This document shows, piece by piece, positions 8,721 to 17,118 of a stretch of DNA of 33,189 bases. How positions within the stretch are numbered: position 1 is the stretch's first letter; each line of letters begins with the position of its first letter. Under the pieces are notes generated by a model. That model had not been told where the DNA came from, did no database searches, and was given only the letters and a program-made list of their open reading frames with translations. A program made the translations under genes and the position numbers. Source of the stretch: Candidatus Dadabacteria bacterium (GTDB lineage Bacteria > Desulfobacterota_D > UBA1144 > Nemesobacterales > CSP1-2); NCBI GenBank assembly GCA_040289575.1, contig PSLL01000017.1, forward strand, positions 31,527-64,715, written 5' to 3'.

Positions 8721-10085
8721 ATGCGCCTTCCCTTTCTCCTTTTTCTCCTTGTGCTCTCAGCCCTTTCTACAAACTCCAATGGGCAGGAGGTCTGGACCCT
8801 TCAGGATTTAATCAACTATGCTGATAAGAATTCCCTATCCCTTATACGGGCAAGGATGGATGTTGAGATAGCTACCCTAGATGAGGATATAGCCAAACAG
8901 AATCACATATATGGTTTTACATTAGACGCAAACCCATTTGCCGGTGCTGCAATTGGGAGGAGATTGGTAAGGGGAGGGGTTCTTGTCTCTCAAAAGGGGC
9001 GCGAGGTTAATTTTGCCTCATTTGTCTCCTTAGGCCTTGACTATCCATTGCTTAGTGAGGGTAGATTTATTTTCCAAAGGTCAATATCTCAAGAGATAGC
9101 CGGGGTTGTCTACAAGCAGAGTAACCAGTCATATCTGATGCAGAGGCAGCAGGTGATTTATTCTGTGGCAGACCTATTCCTACAGATAGTGCTCAAGAAA
9201 AGAGAGTTACGATACCTGAATCAAAATGTGTCTAGGTTAAAGACCATTGTGGAGCAGAGTAGGGAGCGGCTTAAGAATAAATTGATTACACAGGCCGACT
9301 TTTTAGAGGTTGAGCTTCAATTAACCGACACACAAACCAGTATAAAGCTGATCGAGATGGACCTAAACACACTTAAAAAACAAATGGCCAATTTAATAGG
9401 GATGCCTTTAGAACAAAGCCCGCCGGAGATAGAAGACGATGTTTCCTTATTTGAAGATATTGGCTCTCTTATTCCCGATTTAGACACCCTCCAGTCTCAG
9501 GCTCTTGAACGGAATCCGCATCTATCCATAGCGGGTTTAGACATTGAAAAATCACAATTGGAATCAAAGTTGGTGGTAAATAAGATATACCCTAGGGCGT
9601 CCCTTACGGCGACATCTGTATTTAGTCTCGACCACTTTGATAATGCCGATCTTATCGGTATATCAGTCAGTTTCCCACTCCAGGAGCTATTTAAAAGGTT
9701 CTTGACTAAAGACCCGGAGCTCCTTAGGGCGAAGCTCGCGGTTGAAAAGAGTAGGGTGAACTTTCAGTCCGTTCGCAACTCTGTAGAACTGGAGATCATA
9801 CAGGACTATACAAATTGGAATAAGGCAAAGGAATTGGCCATGAGTGCATGGAATAAGGTCAAGGCAAAGGAAGCGAGGGTAAATGAGGGGCAGATACGCT
9901 CAAAAGAGGGTCTAATTACTATAGGTGAGTATTTGGGATATATAAACTCATATCAAGAGGCGTATAATGAGTTTGAATTGAGAAAGAGGGAGGAATACGA
10001 TGCACTTCTAACACTCCTCAAGAATGCCGGGGTAATTGATAGATTTCTGGCAGAATCAAACCCACCTCCTATGACCAAAGAGTAA
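8721..10085 (+). CDS. TolC-family outer-membrane efflux protein
   Basis: Signal peptide, WTLQDLINYADKN, two OEP-like helical repeats, QALERNPHL, YPRASL, GISVSFPL. Confidence 0.8.
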   Translation: MRLPFLLFLLVLSALSTNSNGQEVWTLQDLINYADKNSLSLIRARMDVEIATLDEDIAKQNHIYGFTLDANPFAGAAIGRRLVRGGVLVSQKGREVNFASFVSLGLDYPLLSEGRFIFQRSISQEIAGVVYKQSNQSYLMQRQQVIYSVADLFLQIVLKKRELRYLNQNVSRLKTIVEQSRERLKNKLITQADFLEVELQLTDTQTSIKLIEMDLNTLKKQMANLIGMPLEQSPPEIEDDVSLFEDIGSLIPDLDTLQSQALERNPHLSIAGLDIEKSQLESKLVVNKIYPRASLTATSVFSLDHFDNADLIGISVSFPLQELFKRFLTKDPELLRAKLAVEKSRVNFQSVRNSVELEIIQDYTNWNKAKELAMSAWNKVKAKEARVNEGQIRSKEGLITIGEYLGYINSYQEAYNEFELRKREEYDALLTLLKNAGVIDRFLAESNPPPMTKE

Positions 10086-10092
10086 TTGCATA

Positions 10093-11343
10093 TTACGGAG
10101 CACTGGAGGACTTATAATGCGGTGCATTTGGAGGGCTTCCAAATATCGCAATGTCGTTTTTCTTCAATCGGTCTCGCGCCTCCTTGAGGATCTCTGCCAC
10201 CTCGGGGCGATAGTTTTTGCTATTGGGATTGCTGGCCAATATCTCAGGTTCTTGAGCAAAGTAGATAGTGGTTGGGATTTCAGGAATGCCGTCTGTGCCG
10301 CCGAATGCGTTGTTTAGCGATTTGCGAAGAAATTGCTCATCTCGATTTCTGGTTGCCTCTTTTCCGCGTCTTCTTTCAGGAACCCAGAGCGGCCAGTCAT
10401 TCCCAAGACCAATCCGTGTAATTTCCATTCGAGCATATGGAATCACGCCTGACACCTTATTGTAGACCTGAGTCATCGCATTCATATCTGCATCCAAGCC
10501 GAAGCCGATTATAGCTGTCCCCTCTCTTCCGAACTCTGTGATCAACTCACTCGCCTCTTTTCTATAATTGTCCCGATTGGGGTTTTTTATGAATATCCCG
10601 GCGGCCTTAATAAGAAGCGGGATATTTGTAAAGTTTTTACGGTAGACTGTCATCATGTGGCGACAGTAGTTCTTCCACTTCTCAGCCGTAAATCCTGCCT
10701 CAAGAAAAGCCCGACCGCCGTCTTCGGAGGGCTGGGCGGTCAGGTTTCCAATGTGCCCAAGGCCAGGCATTATATACCAGACATAAGGATTCCCGTTGAA
10801 TGTCTTGGCAAAGGCCTTAATCATAGGCTCTAAGTTCTTTTCAATAAACCCTTCGTCCCAGACCTCTGGAACCCGAATCCTTTTCCCCTTGGCTTCCCCG
10901 CCTCCTTTAAAGTATATTGCCCGAACCCCGGGCTGATTGTATATCCATGGGGGAGTTTGGGTATCATCAACCCCCTGGCCATAGAGAAGCAGGTTGATAA
11001 TCACCCCCTTTCCCGACTTACCCCACTGATTTACCTCATTTAAGAGGGAGTCGAATGAGTAGACCCCCGGCTGCGGCTCCACCTCCCGCCAGGGGACTGA
11101 GATTATAACTGAGTCTACAAGAGGATTGGTTTTAATAAGTTCAACCACCTTATCCCTTTTTCTCATCCTTCTATTTAGACGGACATAAATGCCTGACTTA
11201 CCACGATGTAGGGACTTAATATTAGCGACGGTATTATTGCTAATATCATCCCCTTGGGTGTTTATCGGGCTGATTGCAATCAGAAGGAGAAATGCAATTA
11301 ATGCCTTATGGATGACACAGTTTCCGGTTATTTGTATAGACAT
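10093..11343 (-). CDS. Secreted GH-A (GH42/GH35-like) TIM-barrel protein, paralog 1
   Basis: N-terminal signal peptide, VPWREVEPQPGVYSFDSL, TPPWIY, VPEVWD, FNGNPYVWYI. Confidence 0.65.
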   Translation of the reverse strand: MSIQITGNCVIHKALIAFLLLIAISPINTQGDDISNNTVANIKSLHRGKSGIYVRLNRRMRKRDKVVELIKTNPLVDSVIISVPWREVEPQPGVYSFDSLLNEVNQWGKSGKGVIINLLLYGQGVDDTQTPPWIYNQPGVRAIYFKGGGEAKGKRIRVPEVWDEGFIEKNLEPMIKAFAKTFNGNPYVWYIMPGLGHIGNLTAQPSEDGGRAFLEAGFTAEKWKNYCRHMMTVYRKNFTNIPLLIKAAGIFIKNPNRDNYRKEASELITEFGREGTAIIGFGLDADMNAMTQVYNKVSGVIPYARMEITRIGLGNDWPLWVPERRRGKEATRNRDEQFLRKSLNNAFGGTDGIPEIPTTIYFAQEPEILASNPNSKNYRPEVAEILKEARDRLKKNDIAIFGSPPNAPHYKSSSAP

Positions 11344-11414
11344 ATTTCCTTGATTTATTTGTTGGTCTATTTAGACATAAGTGAGCACGATGTAGTAAAA
11401 TTTTTTATCTTTGT

Positions 11415-12293
11415 CTATGCAATGAGATACCCAAACCGCTCAAGCATCTCCCTGGCGTGGAGGGTAATGATCGCCTTATCTTCATCAGATAACCTAGAGA
11501 GGCTTCCGGCATTGAAATCCTTGATTCGGGATGGTGTCCCGTCAACGTTGTGTACGACAAATTTCCTGTCTCCAATGGAGAGAAACGGGGTCTTATCAAT
11601 GCCGAGGAAATCGGCCAGGGAACTGGAGACGGCGATGGGATCGCGAGTGAATTCCTCGTATGTCAGAAGCTTAAATCGGTTCAGAAACTGCGAGTCTTCA
11701 ACCATAATCTTGTTTGACATATTCCAGTGACGGGCACAACGCTCGAGAGAATGACCATTGCGGCGCCGCATACCCTCACAAACGGCATACCCATTTCGCA
11801 CAAGGCCGATAAAATAGCAATTCCCAAATACCTCCTGGAGCCATCGAGAGCGGAGCATATCTGGAGGCGATTTTTCTAATATGAACTCTGTTTCAACCCT
11901 TTTATATTTGATCCAATCATAAACCAGACGGGCTTTATTATATCGGTTATCGTTTTCAGTCAATCGGAATACATCGAGGCGCTCTGTCCACAGACGCGGG
12001 CAGCCCAGTTTCTCCGGCGTAGGTGCTATCTTGGTTAATTTTTGCCCTTCCCTTGGCATCCCACTAATCAGGGGATGCAGCCTCAGCACATTGGAAACGA
12101 GCGTTGTACCGGAGTTGTTGCATCCCAGAACGAAGATCCACTTGTGCTCCCGCGCCCTTTCACGCCAGTGCTTTGAAAATTCATCGCCTTCCCATATCCA
12201 GCGCAAGGCCCGCTGTGTGTAGCCTATCCTCTGCATAACCACCATCTCAAGCCGCCAGAGCAATATCCGTATGTCCATCGGGTTTATCTCCAA
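11415..12293 (-). CDS. PAPS-dependent sulfotransferase
   Basis: 5'-PSB loop IFVLGCNNSGTTL, EKSP, 3'-PB motif LVRNGYAVCEG, TYEEFTRDP, C-terminal MLERFGY. Start codon uncertain. Confidence 0.88.
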   Translation of the reverse strand: MEINPMDIRILLWRLEMVVMQRIGYTQRALRWIWEGDEFSKHWRERAREHKWIFVLGCNNSGTTLVSNVLRLHPLISGMPREGQKLTKIAPTPEKLGCPRLWTERLDVFRLTENDNRYNKARLVYDWIKYKRVETEFILEKSPPDMLRSRWLQEVFGNCYFIGLVRNGYAVCEGMRRRNGHSLERCARHWNMSNKIMVEDSQFLNRFKLLTYEEFTRDPIAVSSSLADFLGIDKTPFLSIGDRKFVVHNVDGTPSRIKDFNAGSLSRLSDEDKAIITLHAREMLERFGYLIA

Positions 12294-12448
12294 CTATTTC
12301 AATCTAATTTTAGAAGACCTAATTAGATTAGGTAAAAATACCGCAACAAATATTTAGGGTCAAGGCACACACCATAGAGCAGCGACTGAAATTGCATATA
12401 TGAAAACGCCAAGCCCGCTTAGCTCTTTTGTTGAATATCCATTTATAG

Positions 12449-12477
12449 TTGACATTTTTCCTCTGTATTGATATACC
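12449..12477 (+). promoter_or_regulatory. Putative sigma70 promoter of the heptose operon
   Basis: TTGACA (12449-12454), 17-bp spacer, TATACC (12472-12477), preceded by an extended -10 TG. Confidence 0.45.
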
Positions 12478-12594
12478 TAAGTACATAGACTTGGCTGGGA
12501 CTAATTTCCCTACGGTGGTAAGTAGGATGTGAGTAATGGCTTTTGTTTTTCCCGGTTTAATAGGGTGAGAGCTATAATACAAAAGGGGTCAAAC

Positions 12595-13620
12595 ATGATA
12601 TTTCGTGCAAAGGCACCGCTGAGGCTTGGGCTCGCAGGCGGCGGAACTGATGTTTACCCATATTCGGATTTATATGGGGGTGCGGTTCTAAATGCGACGA
12701 TAAGCATGTATGCCTATGCGACTATTGAACTGAAAGGAGATGGAACGATAATCCTTGAAGAGATAGATAAAGGACAAGAGATAAAGGAAGAGATTAAAGA
12801 TAAAATCGATATTGACGGGAGATCGAATCTATTAAAGGGGGTTTATAACAGGGTAGTAAAGGATTTCATAAAAAATCCTCTGTCATTCAAACTCACTACA
12901 TATGTTGATGCACCGCCAGGTTCCGGTCTGGGTTCTTCCTCTACTCTGATTGTGTCGGCAGTTGGCGCGTTTTGCGAATGGCTTAAACTGCCTTTAGGCG
13001 AATATGATATTGCCCAACTTGCATATAAGATAGAAAGAGAGGACTTGGGCATAGTCGGGGGCAAACAAGACCAGTATGCGGCTACGTTTGGCGGTTTTAA
13101 TTTTATGGAGTTTTATAATAATGACAAGGTAATTGTAAATCCTCTGAGAATAAAGCAGGAGTGTATAAATGAACTTGAATTTAATCTCTTGCTCTATTAT
13201 ACGGGAAAGAGTAGACTCTCTTCTAGGATAGTAGAGGTTGAGCAGAAAAGCATGATAGAGAATAACAAAAGAACTATAGAGGCGATGCATAGACTCAAGG
13301 AACAGGCCATATTAATGAAAGAGATAATCTTAAAAGGCAAGCTCGGTGGCATAGGGGAGTTGCTTGAATATGGATGGCAATATAAAAAGCAGATTACAGA
13401 GGGAATATCAAATCCCGTGATAGATGAGATCTATGAGGTGGCGAAAAAAGCAGGGGCGACGGGCGGAAAGATTTCCGGAGCGGGTGGTGGAGGATTTATG
13501 ATGCTATACTGCCCTGCCAATTCGAGATACAGGGTAATAGAGGCTTTAAAGCCGTTCGGGGGAGAATTTAGGAGGTTTCAATTCACGAATTATGGTTTGA
13601 TCACATGGAAAACCGAATAA
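12595..13620 (+). CDS. hddA: D-glycero-alpha-D-manno-heptose 7-phosphate kinase (GHMP kinase)
   Basis: RAKAPLRLGLAGGGTD, PPGSGLGSSS, GGKQDQYAA, GGKISGAGGGGF. ATG 12595 follows AAGGGG. Confidence 0.92.
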   Translation: MIFRAKAPLRLGLAGGGTDVYPYSDLYGGAVLNATISMYAYATIELKGDGTIILEEIDKGQEIKEEIKDKIDIDGRSNLLKGVYNRVVKDFIKNPLSFKLTTYVDAPPGSGLGSSSTLIVSAVGAFCEWLKLPLGEYDIAQLAYKIEREDLGIVGGKQDQYAATFGGFNFMEFYNNDKVIVNPLRIKQECINELEFNLLLYYTGKSRLSSRIVEVEQKSMIENNKRTIEAMHRLKEQAILMKEIILKGKLGGIGELLEYGWQYKKQITEGISNPVIDEIYEVAKKAGATGGKISGAGGGGFMMLYCPANSRYRVIEALKPFGGEFRRFQFTNYGLITWKTE

Positions 13621-14198
13621 AGGATAAGATCGCCGGGGCTATAAGGGATTCAATCAAAGTAAAAGAGGCGATTTTAAGTAGCGATGAGGTTTTGAATATT
13701 GTTCTAAGGGTTTCGGATGAGATATGTAAGGCTTTCAAAGGAGGTAAAAAGGTTTTATTATGCGGCAATGGCGGAAGCGCCGCCGACGCCCAGCACATAG
13801 CGGCGGAACTCTCCGGCAGATTCTATATTGATCGTCCTCCCTTATTTGCCGAAGCCCTCCATGTAAATACCTCATATTTGACAGCTGTCGCAAATGATTA
13901 TTCTTATGATGAGGTTTATGCAAGGCTTCTAGGGGCTAAGGGCAGAAGAGGGGATGTTTTAATAGGGATTTCTACATCTGGGGATTCAAAAAATGTCATA
14001 AGGGCGGTTGAAACCGCAAATGATATGGAAATAGTCACGGTTGGTTTAACAGGTAAAACGGGTGGGAAGATAAGCCATCTTTGCAAATACCTAATTAGGG
14101 TTCCTTCAACAGATACGCCTAGGATTCAGGAGTCACATATCTTAATAGGCCATATTATATGTGAAATAGTGGAGGCAGAGCTTTTCGGTGGTGGTTAA
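13605..14198 (+). CDS. gmhA: Sedoheptulose-7-phosphate isomerase
   Basis: CGNGGSAADAQH, TAVANDY, ISTSGDS, TPRIQESH. Confidence 0.95.
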   Translation: MENRIKDKIAGAIRDSIKVKEAILSSDEVLNIVLRVSDEICKAFKGGKKVLLCGNGGSAADAQHIAAELSGRFYIDRPPLFAEALHVNTSYLTAVANDYSYDEVYARLLGAKGRRGDVLIGISTSGDSKNVIRAVETANDMEIVTVGLTGKTGGKISHLCKYLIRVPSTDTPRIQESHILIGHIICEIVEAELFGGG

Positions 14199-14727
14199 AC
14201 CCGTGGTTTTTCTTGATAGAGATGGGGTAATCAACAGGAAAATGCCAGAAGGTGATTATGTAAAGGATTGGGGCGAGTTCTCCTTTCTACCGGGTGTTCT
14301 TAAAGCCATAAAGATGTTAAAGGGGAATGGATTTCTAATAGCTGTTATTACGAATCAGAGATGTGTCGCCAAGGGAATCATAACGGAGGAGGAGTTAAAA
14401 GAGATACACGAGAGGATGGTGAATGAAATAAGAAGATACGGAGGCGACATAGACGCCGTTTACTTTTGTCCGCATGATGTCTCGGATGGCTGCGGTTGCA
14501 GAAAGCCGGAGCCGGGCATGATTCTGAGGGCGATAAAGGACTTTAGGGATTGTAATATGGAAGTAGATTTGGAGAGGAGCTACGTAGTAGGAGATTCTGA
14601 AAAAGATATATTATCTGCAAAGGCATTGGGCATTAAATCAATAAAGGTAGGGGAATACTTGCCTGAAGCGGATATGAATAAAAGAGACTTATTAGAAGCG
14701 GTAGAGACTATCATTGGGCATGATTGA
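14188..14727 (+). CDS. gmhB: D-glycero-D-manno-heptose 1,7-bisphosphate phosphatase (HAD-IIIA)
   Basis: FLDRDGVIN, ITNQ, Zn-binding CPH..CGCRKPEPGM, VGDSEKD. Confidence 0.93.
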   Translation: MVVKPVVFLDRDGVINRKMPEGDYVKDWGEFSFLPGVLKAIKMLKGNGFLIAVITNQRCVAKGIITEEELKEIHERMVNEIRRYGGDIDAVYFCPHDVSDGCGCRKPEPGMILRAIKDFRDCNMEVDLERSYVVGDSEKDILSAKALGIKSIKVGEYLPEADMNKRDLLEAVETIIGHD

Positions 14728-15418
14728 AGAAGCTATCATTCTTGTTGGAGGGCTTGGGACAAGGCTGGGGTCCATAGTAAAGGATATCCCTAAGCCCCTA
14801 GCCAATGTGGGGGGAAAACCGTTTTTATGGCATCTTGTTAATAAGCTTTTAAAGGAAGACATAAAGAGGATAATCTTCTCTGCCGGATACAAGTCTGAGT
14901 TGATAGGTGGGTTTGTCCGCGAGTTCTTTCATGATAAAAATATTGATGTGGTTGTAGAGGAAGAACCTCTAGGGACGGGGGGAGCCATTAAATTCGCTAT
15001 GCCTTTTGTCCTAGGTGATTGCTTTTTTCTCCTGAACGGAGACTCATTTTTCGATATAAGCTTAAGTATGTTTGAAACAGATTCATTCTCTATAGGGGAT
15101 TTTGACATATCAATAGCTCTTTGCGAGATGGAAAATCCAGAGAGATTTGGCATTGTAGAGATAGATAGACATTTCAGTGTTCTAAGATTTAGAGAGAAAA
15201 ATTCTCGAAGAGGCAAGAGCTACATCAATGCAGGGGTATATATTCTTAAAAAATCCGCTTTGGAAGGTTACTTAAAAGATTTCCGGGATAAATTCTCTTT
15301 TGAAAAGGATGTTCTTGAAAGACTGGATCTATGCACAGTAGGTATTCCTTATAGGGGAAATTTTATAGACATTGGTTTGCCGGAGGATTATGTAAGGGCA
15401 TCTACTATAGGATTATAA
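14714..15418 (+). CDS. hddC: Heptose-1-phosphate guanylyltransferase (NTP transferase)
   Basis: ILVGGLGTRL..PKPLA, EEEPLGTGGAI, LNGDS, INAGVY, FIDIGLPEDY. Operon context with hddA/gmhA/gmhB. Confidence 0.85.
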   Translation: MGMIEEAIILVGGLGTRLGSIVKDIPKPLANVGGKPFLWHLVNKLLKEDIKRIIFSAGYKSELIGGFVREFFHDKNIDVVVEEEPLGTGGAIKFAMPFVLGDCFFLLNGDSFFDISLSMFETDSFSIGDFDISIALCEMENPERFGIVEIDRHFSVLRFREKNSRRGKSYINAGVYILKKSALEGYLKDFRDKFSFEKDVLERLDLCTVGIPYRGNFIDIGLPEDYVRASTIGL

Positions 15419-15550
15419 ATGATCGAAATATGATTCAAATTCAATATCTTTGAGTTACACTTATAATCCGCATTTAGGTTTGTAAAAGGGAGCCGGTCTG
15501 AATAGGTTTTCTCTAGAATTCCAAAATTGGATAGTCTTGTGTTGGTATTG

Positions 15551-15565
15551 TAACACTTTTTGTCA
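15551..15565 (+). promoter_or_regulatory. Candidate enhancer (bEBP) box TAACACTTTTTGTCA
   Basis: Similar to the boxes at 21365 and 27615, each upstream of a sigma54 site. Confidence 0.45.
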
Positions 15566-15647
15566 ATTGGGAGTTTAATAATTCTTAATGAGAATCAACT
15601 TGGCAATAGTCTCGATAAGTTAGATGGCGGAGTGATGAAATTGCCAG

Positions 15648-15663
15648 TGGCACGGCCGTTGCA
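15648..15663 (+). promoter_or_regulatory. sigma54 (RpoN) -24/-12 promoter
   Basis: TGGCAC-GGCCG-TTGCA is an exact match to TGGCAC-N5-TTGCW. The predicted TSS (~15674) falls just before the riboswitch. Confidence 0.85.
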
Positions 15664-15677
15664 AAGAATTTGTAATA

Positions 15678-15776
15678 ATCGGTCCTAACCGAAGAGGCAA
15701 ACCATTCGAAAGGATGGGGCACAAAGCCTTCGACCTAAGGGCTGTTTTACAGCCTATGGTGGCCGGGTTGCCGAAG
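15678..15776 (+). ncRNA. Cyclic di-GMP-I (GEMM-I) riboswitch
   Basis: GGCAAACCATTC-GAAA-GGATGGGGCACAAAGCC..GACCTAAGGGCTG-TTTTA-CAGCCTATGGTGGCCGGGTTGCCGA. P2 has a GAAA tetraloop, P3 has a CCTAAG/TATGG receptor, and P1 is TCGGT/GCCGA. G20/A47/C92 equivalents are at 15696/15723/15771. Confidence 0.9.
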
Positions 15777-15855
15777 ATAGGGCAGGTTTCTTTTCCAACC
15801 TTCCTCGGTGCAACCCTATATTTTTACCGATACTTATACAGGAAGGAGGAAGGTC

Positions 15856-17007
15856 ATGAGAAAATCAGTAAAAGACATATTGCCTTCTAAGGCCTTATGT
15901 CATTCCGGTACACTTGGTCGCATTATCTGTGTTTTACTTATCAGTCTTATTATCTTCGATATTAATCTAGTCCGTCCGGTTCTGGCGCAAACCGTCTCTC
16001 CAAACAGAGATATCATATTCTTTAATTTTTATCAGAATATTTTAATAAACCGCCCGGCGCTCTTTTCGGACCATCCACTGCTGGATGTGGTGATTCTGCC
16101 TGTATCCTGGCCTGAGATCGAGCCAAGCAAAGGCGTTTTTAACTTCGATTCTTTGGACACAATAATAGATATTTGGAATAAGGCAGGCAAAAGGGTCATG
16201 TTAAGGGTTATTCCCTATAGCCAGGATAATGGAAACGATAGCACTCCAGCATGGATTTATGACACCGTCCCATCAATAACATTTACGTCAACAACCCTTG
16301 GCACAGTGAAGATTCCAGTTGTATGGAGCGATCAATTTGCTGCGGAGTATAGTTCTTTTATAATGGCGCTTGCAAGAAAATACGACCAAGATCCAAGGGT
16401 GCAATATATACAGATAGGAATTGGTCTAGGAGGATATATGAACGCTGCGTCACCAAACGAGGCTACAACGCCATTTCTTCGGGCTGGCTGGGCGCTGAAG
16501 GTTTGGAATAAATATATAGATAATTTAATTGGGCTATACTACAGCAACTTTACACATAAACAACTGGTTATTACTATGACTCCTGAATTTCTCAGTGGGT
16601 ATCGTTTAGTAAATAATATTAAAACCGGAGAAAACATAGCCGAATATGCTGCTAGTAAGAATTACACCTTTATATTTAGGGGTCTTAGTCAGAATCCAAA
16701 GGTATTCCAAAAGACTGGTTTTCCCACAATAGTGAAAGATCTAGCTTCATTAAACTTAAATAATCCTTCTCTTGGATTTGGCGATGACTGGCCACTTTAT
16801 GGACAAACCCCACAGGGATTTAGAAATGCAGCCGATTTCCAGGCAATTTTGAATAATGTTTATAACCTCTGGGTATCAATAAATAAAAAATACCCTATTT
16901 TTCTGGTGCTCTTAGATAATGAACTTGCCGCAACCCAGGAGGGGAATAATAATTTCAATGCAGATGTATACAATTCCCTTGTTGATTTTATAAATAAGGT
17001 TGATTAA
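15856..17007 (+). CDS. Secreted GH-A-like TIM-barrel protein, paralog 2 (riboswitch-controlled)
   Basis: ATG 15856 follows AGGAGG. Hydrophobic signal segment ending VLA-Q, then VSWPEIEPSKGVFNFDSL, TPAWIY, IPVVWS, YDQDPRVQYIQIG, LGFGDDWPLY. Confidence 0.68.
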   Translation: MRKSVKDILPSKALCHSGTLGRIICVLLISLIIFDINLVRPVLAQTVSPNRDIIFFNFYQNILINRPALFSDHPLLDVVILPVSWPEIEPSKGVFNFDSLDTIIDIWNKAGKRVMLRVIPYSQDNGNDSTPAWIYDTVPSITFTSTTLGTVKIPVVWSDQFAAEYSSFIMALARKYDQDPRVQYIQIGIGLGGYMNAASPNEATTPFLRAGWALKVWNKYIDNLIGLYYSNFTHKQLVITMTPEFLSGYRLVNNIKTGENIAEYAASKNYTFIFRGLSQNPKVFQKTGFPTIVKDLASLNLNNPSLGFGDDWPLYGQTPQGFRNAADFQAILNNVYNLWVSINKKYPIFLVLLDNELAATQEGNNNFNADVYNSLVDFINKVD

Positions 17008-17118
17008 TATCTCTAATCCAGAGTTATACTTAAGGGGCGGGTTGATAAGGTGTTAGATTCAGCTTTATAATGCCTTAATAGTAGCTCCATTTAGGATTAT
17101 TCATCTAGGAACAAGCCC

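Noticed and set aside
12392..12413. Minus-strand sigma54-like TGGCGT...TGCA upstream of the sulfotransferase
   Set aside because: GG-to-GC spacing is 13 nt, not the required 10.
15678..15776. c-AMP-GMP (GEMM-Ib) specificity for the riboswitch
   Set aside because: The base before GCAAA (position-20 equivalent, 15696) is G rather than A, and the C92 equivalent is retained.
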